This document shows positions 23,095-36,279 of a stretch of DNA of 64,000 nucleotides, piece after piece. Source of the stretch: Octopus vulgaris (lineage: Eukaryota). Numbering within the stretch: position 1 is the stretch's first letter; each line of letters begins with the position of its first letter. The DNA lies in NCBI GenBank assembly GCA_951406725.2, contig OX597820.1, positions 37,820,001-37,884,000 of the forward strand, read 5' to 3'. A program made the translations under genes and the position numbers. The notes under the pieces are model-generated. The model was not told where the DNA came from. It saw only the letters and a program-made list of their open reading frames with translations, and searched no databases.

Positions 23095-25395
23095 ACAGTG
23101 CTGCAAATTGGGCGCATTGGAGGAAATCTTTCGAACTTTTTGTGTATTTTAGGGATACCATAAAATACAGGTGCTCTTCTTTCTGACCTTAAAATCCAGG
23201 ATTCGGCCTTATTAATGAAATTGTTTTCCTCCATTTCCAGAATTATTTGTCAAGTTCCTCTCTGTAATAGGGGTTTGGATCAACAGGTAATTTTTCATAT
23301 GAAGTTTTGTCTCTTAAAATTTCTGCACAAACCGACATATACTCACTTTTGTCCATATCCGCCATTTTAATAACAATAGAATCGTTATTAGCTAGACGTC
23401 GGAGTGTGTAACGTTGGGAATTTATGAGGTTATTCCAGGACTTCTTTTCACTTATTTTAAGGCTTTCTCTAATGCCTGTCTGACAAGTGATTCCAGTGGC
23501 GCTTGTGAACTTCCATCCCGAACTTTATCTAGATACCAATTGGAATTCTTTTCAATTCAGTTATGTCATTCCATCTTCATCATTTTTATTTTCAGTTTTT
23601 TTTTCAAACAAATATTCCTACAGCTTTTGGCGGCGGAAAAACTGAAATAGCCCTTGAGTTAGTTTACTCTTGTCGAAATCCTTTGTACTTGGGCAGAAAC
23701 CCAGTCCAAACTCCAAGACTGAAACATCGTCGGGTGAGTTTTAGTTTAGATAAATTTATGACTGACTTATTCTCTAGTGTGATGGATTTTCTTGGGCAAG
23801 TGGTTTTCAGAGTCTTACTCTCATTAGATTTCTGTATACTTTTTGGGCTTGCTTGAAATCTTCACTTAAAACATGGAACTATTGGGTGATAAAATTTGTT
23901 CTGATTGTTCACGTGAGAAGTTATAATTTTTAGTCGTCTTTTTAGGAGTAATTCATTTGTGAGTGGGTGATAGAAAGTTGGCGACTTCTGTAGTTTTTGT
24001 AGACATTTGAGGAAACCTTACTTTCGGGAAAGGAACAAATTTATTGTTTTCGAGGCAATATCTTAAATGTACTCGCATTTTTTACTGATCAAATAAAAAC
24101 TTCTCTGGAGCGTTTCCAACGACCAGTTCAAATTCATACGCCAGGGCAAAAAATCCACAATCATATGCACCAACTTGGAGATTAGTAATATGAACTTGTT
24201 GAACTGTAGGAATTCTTTTTTGTTTGTGGTGAGTACAACATTGTTATTTGTGTTATTAGTTCCTGTGGTACTGGTAAGTTCAAACTGTCATAAATATAAA
24301 CATCTCCGAAAAAACTGGTCTACAAAACAAAATGATTATCCCTGGTGTGATAAATGAACAGCGTGCGGTGTGGATTGTATGTTAGAAATTCCGTGTGAGA
24401 AAAAATGGTTGGTTGTATTTGAATTTCAGGAAAATTTTCTGCTACGATTTTTAACCCGGCGTCAATACGTTTGTCACATAACATTTGTCCTGAAAGTAAA
24501 AACGACTTTTCCTCATATTTTCAAGCAAATGTTCTCAACCAGAATGTTCCCTTGCTCACTGACTCAGAGGAATGGGAAATCAGCTTTTTCGGCTTCTTTT
24601 CCTTTTTTGTCTTCAGGGATGAAATTTCCATTTTTTTCAAAGTCCATCAAAAAATTACACGAATATTTAAATGATTTAAGGAAGAACATACCTGTTCAAG
24701 GACACTCAAATTCTCCTTCATGTCTGCATCAAGCAATACTAATTTTGAACGATAGTGTACAATAATAGCTTCCATTATGTTAAATGAATTTCTCTCACCA
24801 ATCAATTTAAATTTTTGAAGCAACGAATCGTCAGATTGTGACGCACACACTACTATATTTGATGTAAGACCGTCCGGTATAACGTTTTCTAGTTTGCATG
24901 TTTCCAGAAATGATATATGGCTTTTGAATTTAGCACGCAAACGATCAAGTTTTTTAACTGATAGAAATGTCGATTGCTCATTTTCTGATTCGTATTTCAA
25001 TGGTACAAAATCCAGGGTTGGGCTCAACACTGGGGTCTAGCGAAACTAACAGGGCTGACAAGGTAACTAACTGTAAGAAGGAATAAAACGCAAAAGCTGT
25101 CATTTACATTACGATTTTCCTTAGACACCCGGCTGTTTTGGTAACTTCCAGAATTTCTAAATGCTTTAATTCTTATTCGGTGTAACATAAAAATCAATCA
25201 TTTTCCCGCTGGTTGCTCTCGTTCATACTTTAGATCTGAATTTCTATAATTTTGAGCTTTTATCACTTTTTATTTTGAACTCGACAAAGCCAGGCTTCCT
25301 GTCGAAATATCGTTCAACCAATAAAATATCTATTGCAATCGATCGCGCTCTTCCACTTGTCTGCTTACTTTTGTGAAGAGTTACGTCAATCCTTT
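23095..25395 (-). mobile_element. Penelope-like element, decayed, truncated in early RT, with an extra protease domain
   Basis: Minus-strand order: HISFLETCKLENVIPDGL (24647-25030); protease domain; VINLSKLKLT/VLEFGLGFCPS..FFRRQKL; IVIKMAD..DKSEY..YEKLPVDP; FYGIPKIHK..PMRPICS (23095-23234). Confidence 0.88.
24022..24520 (-). pseudogene. Ulp1/SENP-like (clan CE, C48-type) cysteine protease domain inside the PLE polyprotein
   Basis: Hand translation: LLSGQMLCDKRIDAG..ENFPEIQ..YHTRDNHFVL*..VYIYDSLN..[frameshift]..QVGAYDCGFFALAY..FDQ*KMRVHLRYCLENNKFVPFP; His 24332-24334, Asp 24287-24289, Cys 24157-24159. Confidence 0.82.
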
Positions 25396-25405
25396 TAATA
25401 ATAAT

Positions 25406-26029
<624 letters not shown>

Positions 26030-26049
26030 GTAATAATAATAATAATAAT

Positions 26050-27457
26050 TTTTTACGGGTGTTTCTTTTTGTTTTCGTGTTTTTTTGTGGTTGTGAATGT
26101 GTTTGCAAAAATGAGTTATCTTGTGATGAAGATGTTGATGTTGATGTTAGTATTGATTTGTTTTTAAATTCGTGTTGTAACGGATTTTGTTTTTTAACGC
26201 CATGTCTTAGGGCCTTCAATTTCGGCCGTCTCTGTTTGGTTCATATTCAGTCTTTCTCTTATCTCCGACAAAGGCTTTTTGGTGCGCAGTAAATGAGGAC
26301 TTTGCTTTTGCGAGGGCCGAGTCGGAAGAAGGAGGCAGGTGCGAGGTAATAGTTTTTTTCCCACTTTGAGAAGTTGGTAGTAACGGCGGAGAGCTCCGTG
26401 TTTTCTCCACCGTGGGGCAAAAGGCTTTGAGGTAGGTCGAATTCCCCCACAAAAAACACTTCTGTTATTTTTTACTTCTACAGAAACTGGCATCTGTTCT
26501 CATTCCCCGAACAAAAAAATCGGGAATGCGGCTTATTTTTTCTGGCAAAACTATCTGGAATTCCGTTCCTGTTGGATTGTGGGGTGAACTTCACATCCAC
26601 AATCTCCCCATGTTCCTCTAGAATAGCTAAAACCCTCGCCGGATCACGGTGACCCGGCACATTCTTGACTCGAATTCGAGTCAACATTTTACCAATGTAA
26701 TGGAGAATCATTACAAAAGCCAGGGACGTGCAAGTTATAGTAGCCATTCTTCTGGCTTCTTACTCACTGCTGCATATAGCAGCAACCATCCCATGTTGTT
26801 TACTTTTCTGTATGTGTAGGATTGAAGGCCACACATCTTCGAGGTATTTTTTAGTCTCTGCAGAAATAGGAAATTTAAGTTTCCTCTCCTTGCGAGAAAC
26901 ACATTTATAAACAATTGTTCGTCTTTCGGAGTTCTTTTCTCCTCCTCACTAAAGCACATAACACCTGGTTTTATAATGTCTTTCTTGTATTTCAGTGTCT
27001 TATTTTTTAAAGTCACCCACTGAAATAATAGTCCAATTGCTAACGGCTATAGAAAAGGAAGTAGCTTTGGTGAGGTCCATTGTGTTGCCATGATGTTGTT
27101 GTTGTTGGTGGTGCCGTCGTCGTTGTCGTTTTTCTTGCTTTCCACATAATTATCACTGCTATTTTCAATCTTGTTGTTCATGTTACATTTTTTGTTTTCG
27201 AACATCTTATTGCTGATGTTGTTGTTGATACAGTTGCTGTTATTGTAGTTGTTTCTGCTGCTTGTGGTGGTGGCAGTGCTGCTGCTGCTGTTCACATTGT
27301 TGCTGCTGTTGCTGCTGCTGTAGTCGTTGTCGTCGTCATCATCGTTGCTGCTGGAGCTTTTGCACTTGTTACTGACGTCATAGGAACAAGCGGAAATTAT
27401 ATTTCTCTTTGGCGAGAAACTTATTTCACCTTCAGTTTCGTTTCTGTTGTATGACAC
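26050..27457 (-). mobile_element. LINE ORF1 remnant (L1/Tx1-like): low-complexity N-terminus, RRM-like segment, degenerate zinc knuckle
   Basis: TRIRVKNVP...VLAILEEHGEIVDVKF, then CFLWGNSTYLKAFCP (decayed CxxCxxxxHxxxxC); frameshifts and stops. Confidence 0.65.
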
Positions 27458-27689
27458 CTAGGTTAACTCTGATCAAGTGGACCTATGATCAAAGGCATTC
27501 CAACCGTGGCCATCCATCGCTTTGTATACATTGTTCTATTTAACTATTTTTATGTAAAATGTAGGTTGTGATTTTAAAGAGATTTGACTGCTTTTTCTGA
27601 CTAAAGACTGCACAGTATTTTGTTCGACACTCTAATGATTTTGCTAATTGTATTTGATATAGGCCCACCACAAGGTCCAGTCTTGTTTC

Positions 27690-28050
27690 GGTGTAGTAAC
27701 TTATGTTCCTTAATGACCCTGAGAGTTATGCCAGCGGAGTGCAATCTGCTTCTAGGGCATCACGTGCTGAACAGATCAAAGGATAGAGGCCAGACTAGTA
27801 TGACTGACCTCTTTCCAGGTGTAAAAATGGATTTATGTAGGGCTAATATCCCTACCTAGAGAAAGGTGATGTTATAGAGGCATCAATGATAATTCAAAAC
27901 CAGTGAGCCTTCCCCTAGGGAAGCATGACGCGGTGCAGGCAGAGTTTAAAAAAAAACAGATTCAACAGGAGACAAACAGATAGTGCAGAGTCAAGAACAG
28001 CGGAGGAAAAAGTCGTCGATGTCCTACGCTCCTTTGGAAGTGAAGGTCTT
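27690..28050 (+). mobile_element. Short bipartite RTE derivative (5' UTR-like piece joined to a 3' end)
   Basis: gatagaggccagacta...agggctaatatccct (RTE 5' UTR-like), then gtcgtcgatgtcctacgctcctttggaagtgaagg (VDxLxS...E terminus). Confidence 0.45.
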
Positions 28051-28079
28051 AGAATTTTATATAGGCTACACATCTTGAG

Positions 28080-28900
28080 GAAAAAGGTATAAGTGAACCC
28101 TGTACTGAAGTATATGAGTAGATTGACCTATTACTAAACTGAACTCCAGAGGGATAAAATGCAAAGTCGACCTTGACAGTATTCGAACTCGGGCATAAAT
28201 GCACGTAATTTAAATAATGCAAGGCATTTTCCTCTCTGTTATTCTAAAATTCAACACTAACGACCATATCTTCTACTAATGTAAATGATTTCTTTCAAAT
28301 TCCGATGAGGTGGACTTTGTCTTTTATCCTTTCAGGGTCGATAAAATAGGTACCGTATGGGCACTGGGGTCGATGTAATAGACTTTCACCTGCCCCACTG
28401 AAATTGTTGCCCTTGTGCTTATATTTCAAACCACTATTAATGATGTTTTTTTAAATTCCTGCGAGGTCGACTTTGCTTTTCAACCTTCTGAGATCGATAA
28501 AATAAGTATCAGTTGAGGACTGATAGAATCGACTACCTCACCCACCATGCTTGCTTGCCTTGTGGCAAAATTTCAAACCAGTATTAATGATTTTTGATTT
28601 TGATACAAAAAGGGGTGTGGTCGATTTAATCGATCGATCCCATAAAGAAGAAAGGCAAAGGATGATTGGAATCTTGAAGGGACTAAATTTGTTTAGGGCG
28701 AATTACTGATCTCTATTACAAATAATAGTTTCTACTTCAGACAAAATATAAAAAGTCGTACATATCTGGAGGATCTCAAATATTTCATCTTATATCCCTG
28801 GGCACATAACTGGTATTTATTGTAACGCCCCCGAGGGAATGTAAAGCAAAGATGGCCTCTGTGATTAGAACGTGAAATGATTTAACTAAATGACGTAAAT
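28080..28900. mobile_element. Cluster of old SINE family B fragments, partly tandem
   Basis: Repeated gaggtcgactttgc-ttt-ca-cctt-gtcgataaaata-gtacc blocks at ~28295 and ~28460; minus-strand pieces at ~28130 and ~28810. Confidence 0.7.
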
Positions 28901-29126
28901 ATTTGGCAAACCAAGTCTGCCAAGAATGAGTTATTTTATCCTATTTCAAGCTAGTTATATATAGACACATATGCACACGAAACATAATGGTGCGTACATT
29001 CATACATCCAAACATATGATTATACATTCATACCTACGTGTACAACATACTAGCACATTAGTTTACACACAGATATACATGTTTGAATTTACACACACAT
29101 ATGTATATATAAATTCATCCAAACAC

Positions 29127-29179
<53 letters not shown>

Positions 29180-29412
29180 AGTATATATACATTCACTCAA
29201 AAATAGGTAAATATATATATTTACGTTCATAAATGATGTATACACGAACAAAAACTACATACACAGACCTACATATGTTTGTATATTTGTGTATTTGTCA
29301 CACATCTATAGACAATGATCTACACGCTTCCTTGCAATTCTGTATTGAACGCTTCAGTGTTTTTTCCCATTAAAAACCGTATAAGAAACAGTTACACTTA
29401 TATACACATACA

Positions 29413-29452
<40 letters not shown>

Positions 29453-29599
29453 CCATGAACATATCTTGTACACACATTCAAACACACATACTGAATGCTT
29501 GCATATATCTAACTATATATGTAAGTACGTATGTAAGAACTTAAGTATGTCTATATTTGTATGTATATATGTACGTAAACATGTATGTATATGTATGCG

Positions 29600-29672
<73 letters not shown>

Positions 29673-30091
29673 TATGTGTGTGTGCAGAGATGTCTATAGG
29701 TGTGTTGGTATTGATATAAATGCTAAGAAAATAATAATAAAAAAATGCTAAAATAGCTTTAGTAATGATTTATTGCAGAATAAATTATGTCTTCCTTTGT
29801 TTCTTTCTTTCATTATCTCTGAATCTTTTAAATTTTTTCTTTATTTTTTTCTTTTCCTTTTTCCTTCCTTCCTTCCTTCCTTGTTTCCTGTCTTTTATTC
29901 ATTGTGCTTCTTTCTTTCATTTTTATTTCTGCATTTTCGTTTTAGTTTCTGGTTTTCCTTCTTTGCGTCACTTTCCTCTATTCTACCTTTTATTTCTTTC
30001 CTTATTCATTTCTTCTACCTTTCATTCATTATAACTAACTTTCGTTCAATTTGTCTTTCTATGTCCTCCTGTCCCTTTCTCCTCCCCTACG

Positions 30092-30189
30092 TCTTCTTCT
30101 TCTTCTTCTTCTTCTTCTTCTTCTTCTTCTTCTTCTTCTTCTTCTTCTTCTTCTTCTTCTCCTCCTCCTCCTCCTCCTCCTCCTCCTCC
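30092..30189. repeat. (TTC)n(TCC)n trinucleotide tract
   Basis: Read directly. Confidence 0.97.
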
Positions 30190-30384
30190 CACCGTGTTTT
30201 CCTCCTCTATACCGTTCCTTCTATAGATTCTGTCTGTCTACTTTACTTTACAGCAGCAGCCGACAGTGCACAAATGACAGGTAGTGCCGTGTTGAGGGAA
30301 TACAAATAGACAAAATACATGCAGACTTGAATGATGTGTATTTCTGAGTAGTCTGCAACCTCACACACGCACACACGCACACAT

Positions 30385-30454
<70 letters not shown>

Positions 30455-30531
30455 CGAAAATATAGACATATATACACACATACACACTCATAGTATGATA
30501 TATATATATATGATTGTGTGTATATCATACT

Positions 30532-30810
30532 ATGGTGAGTGGCTTAGTGGTTAGGGCATCAATCTTACGATTGTAAGGTCGTGATCTCGATTTCCGACCG
30601 CGCGTTGTGTCCTTCAGCAAGGCACTTTATTTCACATTACTCCAGTCTACTCAGGTGGCAAAAATGAGTTGTACCTGTATTTCAAAGGGGCCAGCCCCAC
30701 CATTCTCTTTGTCACACTGAGTCTTCCTGTAGACCATGCTAACTTCATGAGCAGGCTGTTCCGTTGGGCGGTTCAACTGGAACCGACGGAGTGGTAGTAG
30801 TAGTAGTAAT
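30532..30810 (+). mobile_element. SINE family C (tRNA-derived), degenerate
   Basis: A box tggcttagtggttag, B box-like tctcgatttcc; body shared with 37640-37808 and 43396-43530 in reverse complement. Confidence 0.75.
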
Positions 30811-30857
<47 letters not shown>

Positions 30858-30933
30858 CTATAAAATGTTATTCAGTGAGATTGAATTAATCACCTCGTGT
30901 TTACTCAGTGAACTTTCTAAAAAATTATCTATC

Positions 30934-31005
<72 letters not shown>

Positions 31006-31009
31006 CTGT

Positions 31010-31215
31010 CATCTTTTATTTGTTTCATCTATTAGACTGCAGTCATGCTGGGGCACCGGCTTGAAGAAATTTTTAGCAGGAACAATGAACCCCAGTACAG
31101 TTTTTAAAGCTTGGTACTTATCATATCGGTGTCTTTTGCCGATCTGCTACATTACGAGGACGTTAACAAACCAACACCCGTTGTTAAGCGGTGTTGGGGG
31201 ACAAACACTGACACA
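31010..31215 (-). mobile_element. SINE family A, 3' half
   Basis: gactgcagtcatgctggggcacc...ggtgtcttttgccga...ggttgttaagcggtgttggggg-like. Confidence 0.8.
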
Positions 31216-31227
31216 CACACACACACG

Positions 31228-31261
<34 letters not shown>

Positions 31262-32152
31262 AACATTTACATGCATATATATCTATTTACAAATTTACGT
31301 GCATATATATACTGGATGTAAGTAATAGGAAAGTTGACATTTACTCCTTCGGGAAAGATAATCGCAAATCCTATCCAAGACACTAACAAAATATAAAAAA
31401 TATCCCATTAGATTACTTCTGTATGGACACCGTCACTCACTCACTCACTCACTCACTCACCCACTCTCACTCTCTCACACACGCACAAACTGTCAGCTGA
31501 GAAGAAATCTAATCTATGTAAAAAGCAGAAGCAAATCTGAAGCGCATTATTGCCAACTGTGAGAGATTGTTATCAAAAGAAGTGAATATCATAATGACAA
31601 AGTGGCAAGAACAATCTAGAATAAAATAAAGAATGAAAGTATGGCAGCCAACAGAGACTAAAACATTGTGACCGATGAATGAAAAAGTATTGTTGGATGT
31701 TGAAACGAAAAGAATGATCAAAATTAAAAACACAACCGACCTGAAGTTTTTGTTTAAGATCGCAAATTAAAAGCATGATCACAGATATGGAAGCCAGCTA
31801 CCTTCTTAACATAAATATTGGACATTAAATAAATAAAATGCGGGTGAAAGAAGACCTCTATTAGCTGTGGTTGAAGATGTATTTTTACTTCCTGGGTCGA
31901 GAGTAAGGGACAGTCTCCATGATCATCGAAGGTCCTCTTTGAATTGTTGGAATGTTGCCATCGGTGTTCCTCTCGAATCTTTGTAAGTAAACACCCACGG
32001 CAAAGACATGAGCAAGGAGAAGATTTCAGAAGGTGAATGTTCTAGGGAGAAAGGATTGGATATAATGGTCAGTGTGGGGCTGAGGGTGGTGGTGGACACC
32101 GTATGAATAAAAAATATACGTATACTCACTTACACTCACACACATATAGATA

Positions 32153-32193
<41 letters not shown>

Positions 32194-32390
32194 TAATATA
32201 GGATGAAGCTGTTTTACAGAAAAAATAATTTCATCAATTGTGGCAGCATATTAAAATACCTTTAAGGTTAAAATTATAAACAGCTTATAAACAAAGTGTA
32301 GCGAGTAAATAATATGTGGAAATTGACGATTTAAAAGTCTGTTAGCAGCATATTGGCATAGAAATATTTTCTTTAGCCCTTGTTTATAAG

Positions 32391-32451
<61 letters not shown>

Positions 32452-32564
32452 TATAGTCATGGTGTAGAAATACTCCAAAAAGTAACGGCACGCGGACTTG
32501 TCAATTTTCCCCCTCTCTTCCTTTTCTATGTCTCCTGTTTCCGAAGAAGAGCTTTGCTTGAAAC

Positions 32565-32749
32565 GTAACTTAGCGGTAACTTAGCGGTAACTTAGCGGTA
32601 ACTTAGCGGTTCGGCGAAAGAGATCGATAGAATAAGTACTAGGCTTACAAAGAATAAGTCCAGGGGTCGATTTGTTCGACTAAAGGTGGTGCTCCAGCAT
32701 GGCCACAGTCAAATGACTGGAACCAATAAAAGAATAAGAGTATAAAAGA

Positions 32750-32750
<1 letters not shown>
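32565..32750 (+). mobile_element. SINE family A 3' half starting with 4 tandem copies of gtaacttagcg
   Basis: 11-bp units at 32565, 32576, 32587 and 32598, then near-identity to 48320-48450. Confidence 0.9.
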
Positions 32751-32816
<66 letters not shown>

Positions 32817-33782
32817 TATATGTATATATATATGTACAAGTGCACATATATACAGACAACACACATACAATCAATCTTGTCCTCCACCAATATTACCATG
32901 CAGTCAATGACATCGACTATTTATGCAAGAACTGGTCTACAGAGTCATCCACAGCGTCACCATAAAGGGATCGTTCAGCAAAGCAGAAACTAAATTCTCG
33001 AATACGAGATACTGTTTGCCTGTTGGTCGTAATCAGCAAAACAGTGCTCAATCCAATCAGTGTGAGATAAATATAAATATCATTGAAAGGAGTACAGAAA
33101 TAATAGGTGAGTTACTTCACGAAGAGAAATCTTCATGAGGGATTGCTCAATACGCCTACCTTCTCTTTCCATGCTTTCTCTCTCTCTCTCTCTCTCTCTG
33201 TGAGTTTCCAGCTTTGAAATCAAGTATAGATATGGATATTTTTAATTTGATTTCGACTGGTTTCAGTATCAATCTCTCAGCAGAATTATTCCTGTAATCT
33301 TACTATATATCTTTGACCTTTCCTGATTCTCCTCACTTTATGTTGGAAACGTATTTCTTCCTTCTTTCCATTCCTGTCAAGAAATGTCCAAGTTAGGGAA
33401 GAAGAAAAAAAAAAACGAAAAGAAAAAAAAATGGAATGCAACAAATTTTATTAATCCTATTTCATATATTTCCATCTTGTTATTTAGTTCATTAATATGA
33501 TATCAACTACAGCAAAAAGAAAAATGTTTTCCCTTGGGAACAACGATGTTTCACTTCCTTGTATCAGAAGATTACCAAGAAACAAGGATCGGAAATTACT
33601 GATACAGAAAGCGTATTGTACACAATCACACACACATGCACATATAGACACACAGATGCACGCGTGCGCGCTCACACACACGTACACACGCACATGTATA
33701 TAGATTTTCTGTAATTTACAAGGTATCAAAATTGCCTCATATTGTTTTCTATACATACATATACACACGAATACTTTGCGTA

Positions 33783-33819
<37 letters not shown>

Positions 33820-33844
33820 TAAACAAACACACACACACGTACTT

Positions 33845-33896
<52 letters not shown>

Positions 33897-34554
33897 GAAT
33901 ATATTAACACATGCAAGCACACACTCATACACAAATGCACACACACGCGCACACGCGCACACAACACGTACGCGCGCACAAACACTCACACACACACTCA
34001 CACGTACACACACAAACGCATAGGCATATATCAAAGATTAATTGTGTAAATTTACTTAGCCAGGGAATACATGAAGAAAATATCTCTTCTGAAATATGGC
34101 GATGCTTGAGATAATATCCTCGCAGCTATTGATTTAAAAACCAATTTACTACTAGCAGTGATGTCGGAAGTTCTTGCAGTGCTGATAATTCTTGATTTGA
34201 TTGTGGTGTCGATGATGCTACACGATTGACAGTTTGCGGTTGTGCTGCAACAACTATTGCGAGAAGACTTTTTTTTTTACAAAAAACGACGTTACGAAGA
34301 ACGTGCTAATCTTCCCATCTTTTGTTGTTATTCACTAGAATCCCTACTTTTTTCTGCTTGTATCTATTATCCTGTTATATTTTCTTTTAAACATTACTGA
34401 TCTAGGTCTCTACAACAGACTAAATATCCATATTCATCTCTTATTTGTTAGTTTTAACACTTCTAACTAACAATATCTTTGTATTCTGCCTTATAATGTC
34501 CTGATATTTCAACACAGAAGAAAGAATTGAAAATAAAATGCAGTTTTTCTGCAT

Positions 34555-34920
34555 AGATGGAAACATGTCTGTGTGGTTAAGGAGGTTTTTTCTCAACTAT
34601 GTGCTCTTGGGTTCAATCCCATTGTGCGGCAAGCGTTTTCCACTTTAGCCCCGGGCCAATCAATGCCTTGTGATTGGATTTGATAGACAGAAACTGAGAA
34701 CCTGAGAGAAGGCCGTCGTGCACGTATGTGGCTGTGTGTCTCTTTTTGTGATTGTATCTGTCTCCCACCACATCTCTACAACTTAGTAGTTCGGCAAAAG
34801 CGATCGATAGGATAAGTATCAGGCTTGAAAGAAAAGAGCTGGTGTCGATTTGTTTGACTGAAAACTCTACAAGGCGGTGCTTCAGCATGGCCACAATCCA
34901 ATGAGTGAAACAAGTTAAAG
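34555..34920 (+). mobile_element. SINE family A, degenerate full length
   Basis: tgtgtggttaag...gggttcaatcccattg...gatttgatagacagaaactg...cagcatggccaca...tgaaacaag. Confidence 0.8.
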
Positions 34921-35638
34921 TTAATAGGTCACCTCTGTAACTCCCAAGACTCTTTCCCAGGGACTCCAAGACTGGTTGACGGAAGTTGTTTCCCCTTCCC
35001 TCCCGACCTTATGATCTGATCCGAATGCTTGCAACAGAGTGGACTCTGCCGATGGTAATCAAAAGGGTCTTGGAATGACTTAAATTACTCTTCCATAATT
35101 TAATTGATTCAGTTCCAACAAACGATCTCATTTAGTGTGACCACAATTCGACGACATGTCCAATAAGAAGAAAGATGAACTCACATCTGAACGAACTATA
35201 GTGTCACCATTTGATGACGTATCCAGTATAACAAAGATGGAGTCAAACCTTAACGAACTATGTTGAACATAAAATATTGATGAGGAATTTTTAGAATTTG
35301 ACAAAAAGGAGTAATGAATTTATTCTTTGGTTTGAATTTACTTTGTTTTTTTTTCCCATTCTTACACTTGCTAATAGAAAAATAAAAACAAATTCTTGTA
35401 TATTGTGCCCTATAAAATAAAATCAATAATTTTACTTTAGAAAACAAGCTTTTGAAAATTGATTTTTAAATGAATTAATAAAAACAACGTCATCGATATT
35501 GAATATTTTCGATTTAAAAACTATAGTGAGGGATCAATGATTACTCGAGATTTGTTGTCATGACGACAACAACAACAACAGCAACATTAATGGCAAACGT
35601 CAATCAACTACGTCATTACTTACATCATCATAATCATT

Positions 35639-35669
<31 letters not shown>

Positions 35670-35749
35670 CACTCAACACGGTGATCCTCTAAGTTGTCAA
35701 TGGACATACTAAATAGCAAATGATAACCGACTACATCACTACAGACAGT

Positions 35750-35792
<43 letters not shown>

Positions 35793-35808
35793 CCATCATC
35801 ACCATCAC

Positions 35809-35891
<83 letters not shown>

Positions 35892-35913
35892 CCACCATCA
35901 TCATCATCATCAT
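35750..35913. repeat. (ATC)n microsatellite
   Basis: Read directly. Confidence 0.97.
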
Positions 35914-36279
35914 CACTCTCACCAATTTCACTAACCTCGAATCAAACTGTAATACTCTAAGTAATCATTGAACATGCTAGAAATAGCAGCCAAATAACAC
36001 ACTTCACGATTTCTTTTTTAAAAGAAAAGGACGCGCTCTGTTATTTAATCGTATATATATTCTGTCAGGATAAAAGATATTTTGTGATATTTTCAAGAAC
36101 GAACTGAGAAACACACACACAAAAAAAAAATCCAAGGTTAAATTTAGAAGATTAAAAACAGAAGCAGATATAAGTGTATAACTTGTGTAAAAACTGACTG
36201 ATAAATTTATGAGGAACATAGTTATAATAACTATTATACATGTATATACATATACTTTTACGCATGTACACACACGTTC

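Noticed and set aside
24022-24520. Processed pseudogene of a host SENP gene
   Set aside because: No poly-A or TSD, and it is collinear with PLE motifs on both sides; treated as part of the element, though not fully excluded without a search.
31500-31800. Possible RTE linker remnant
   Set aside because: One weak motif (LLSKEVNIIMTKWQE) is not enough to call.
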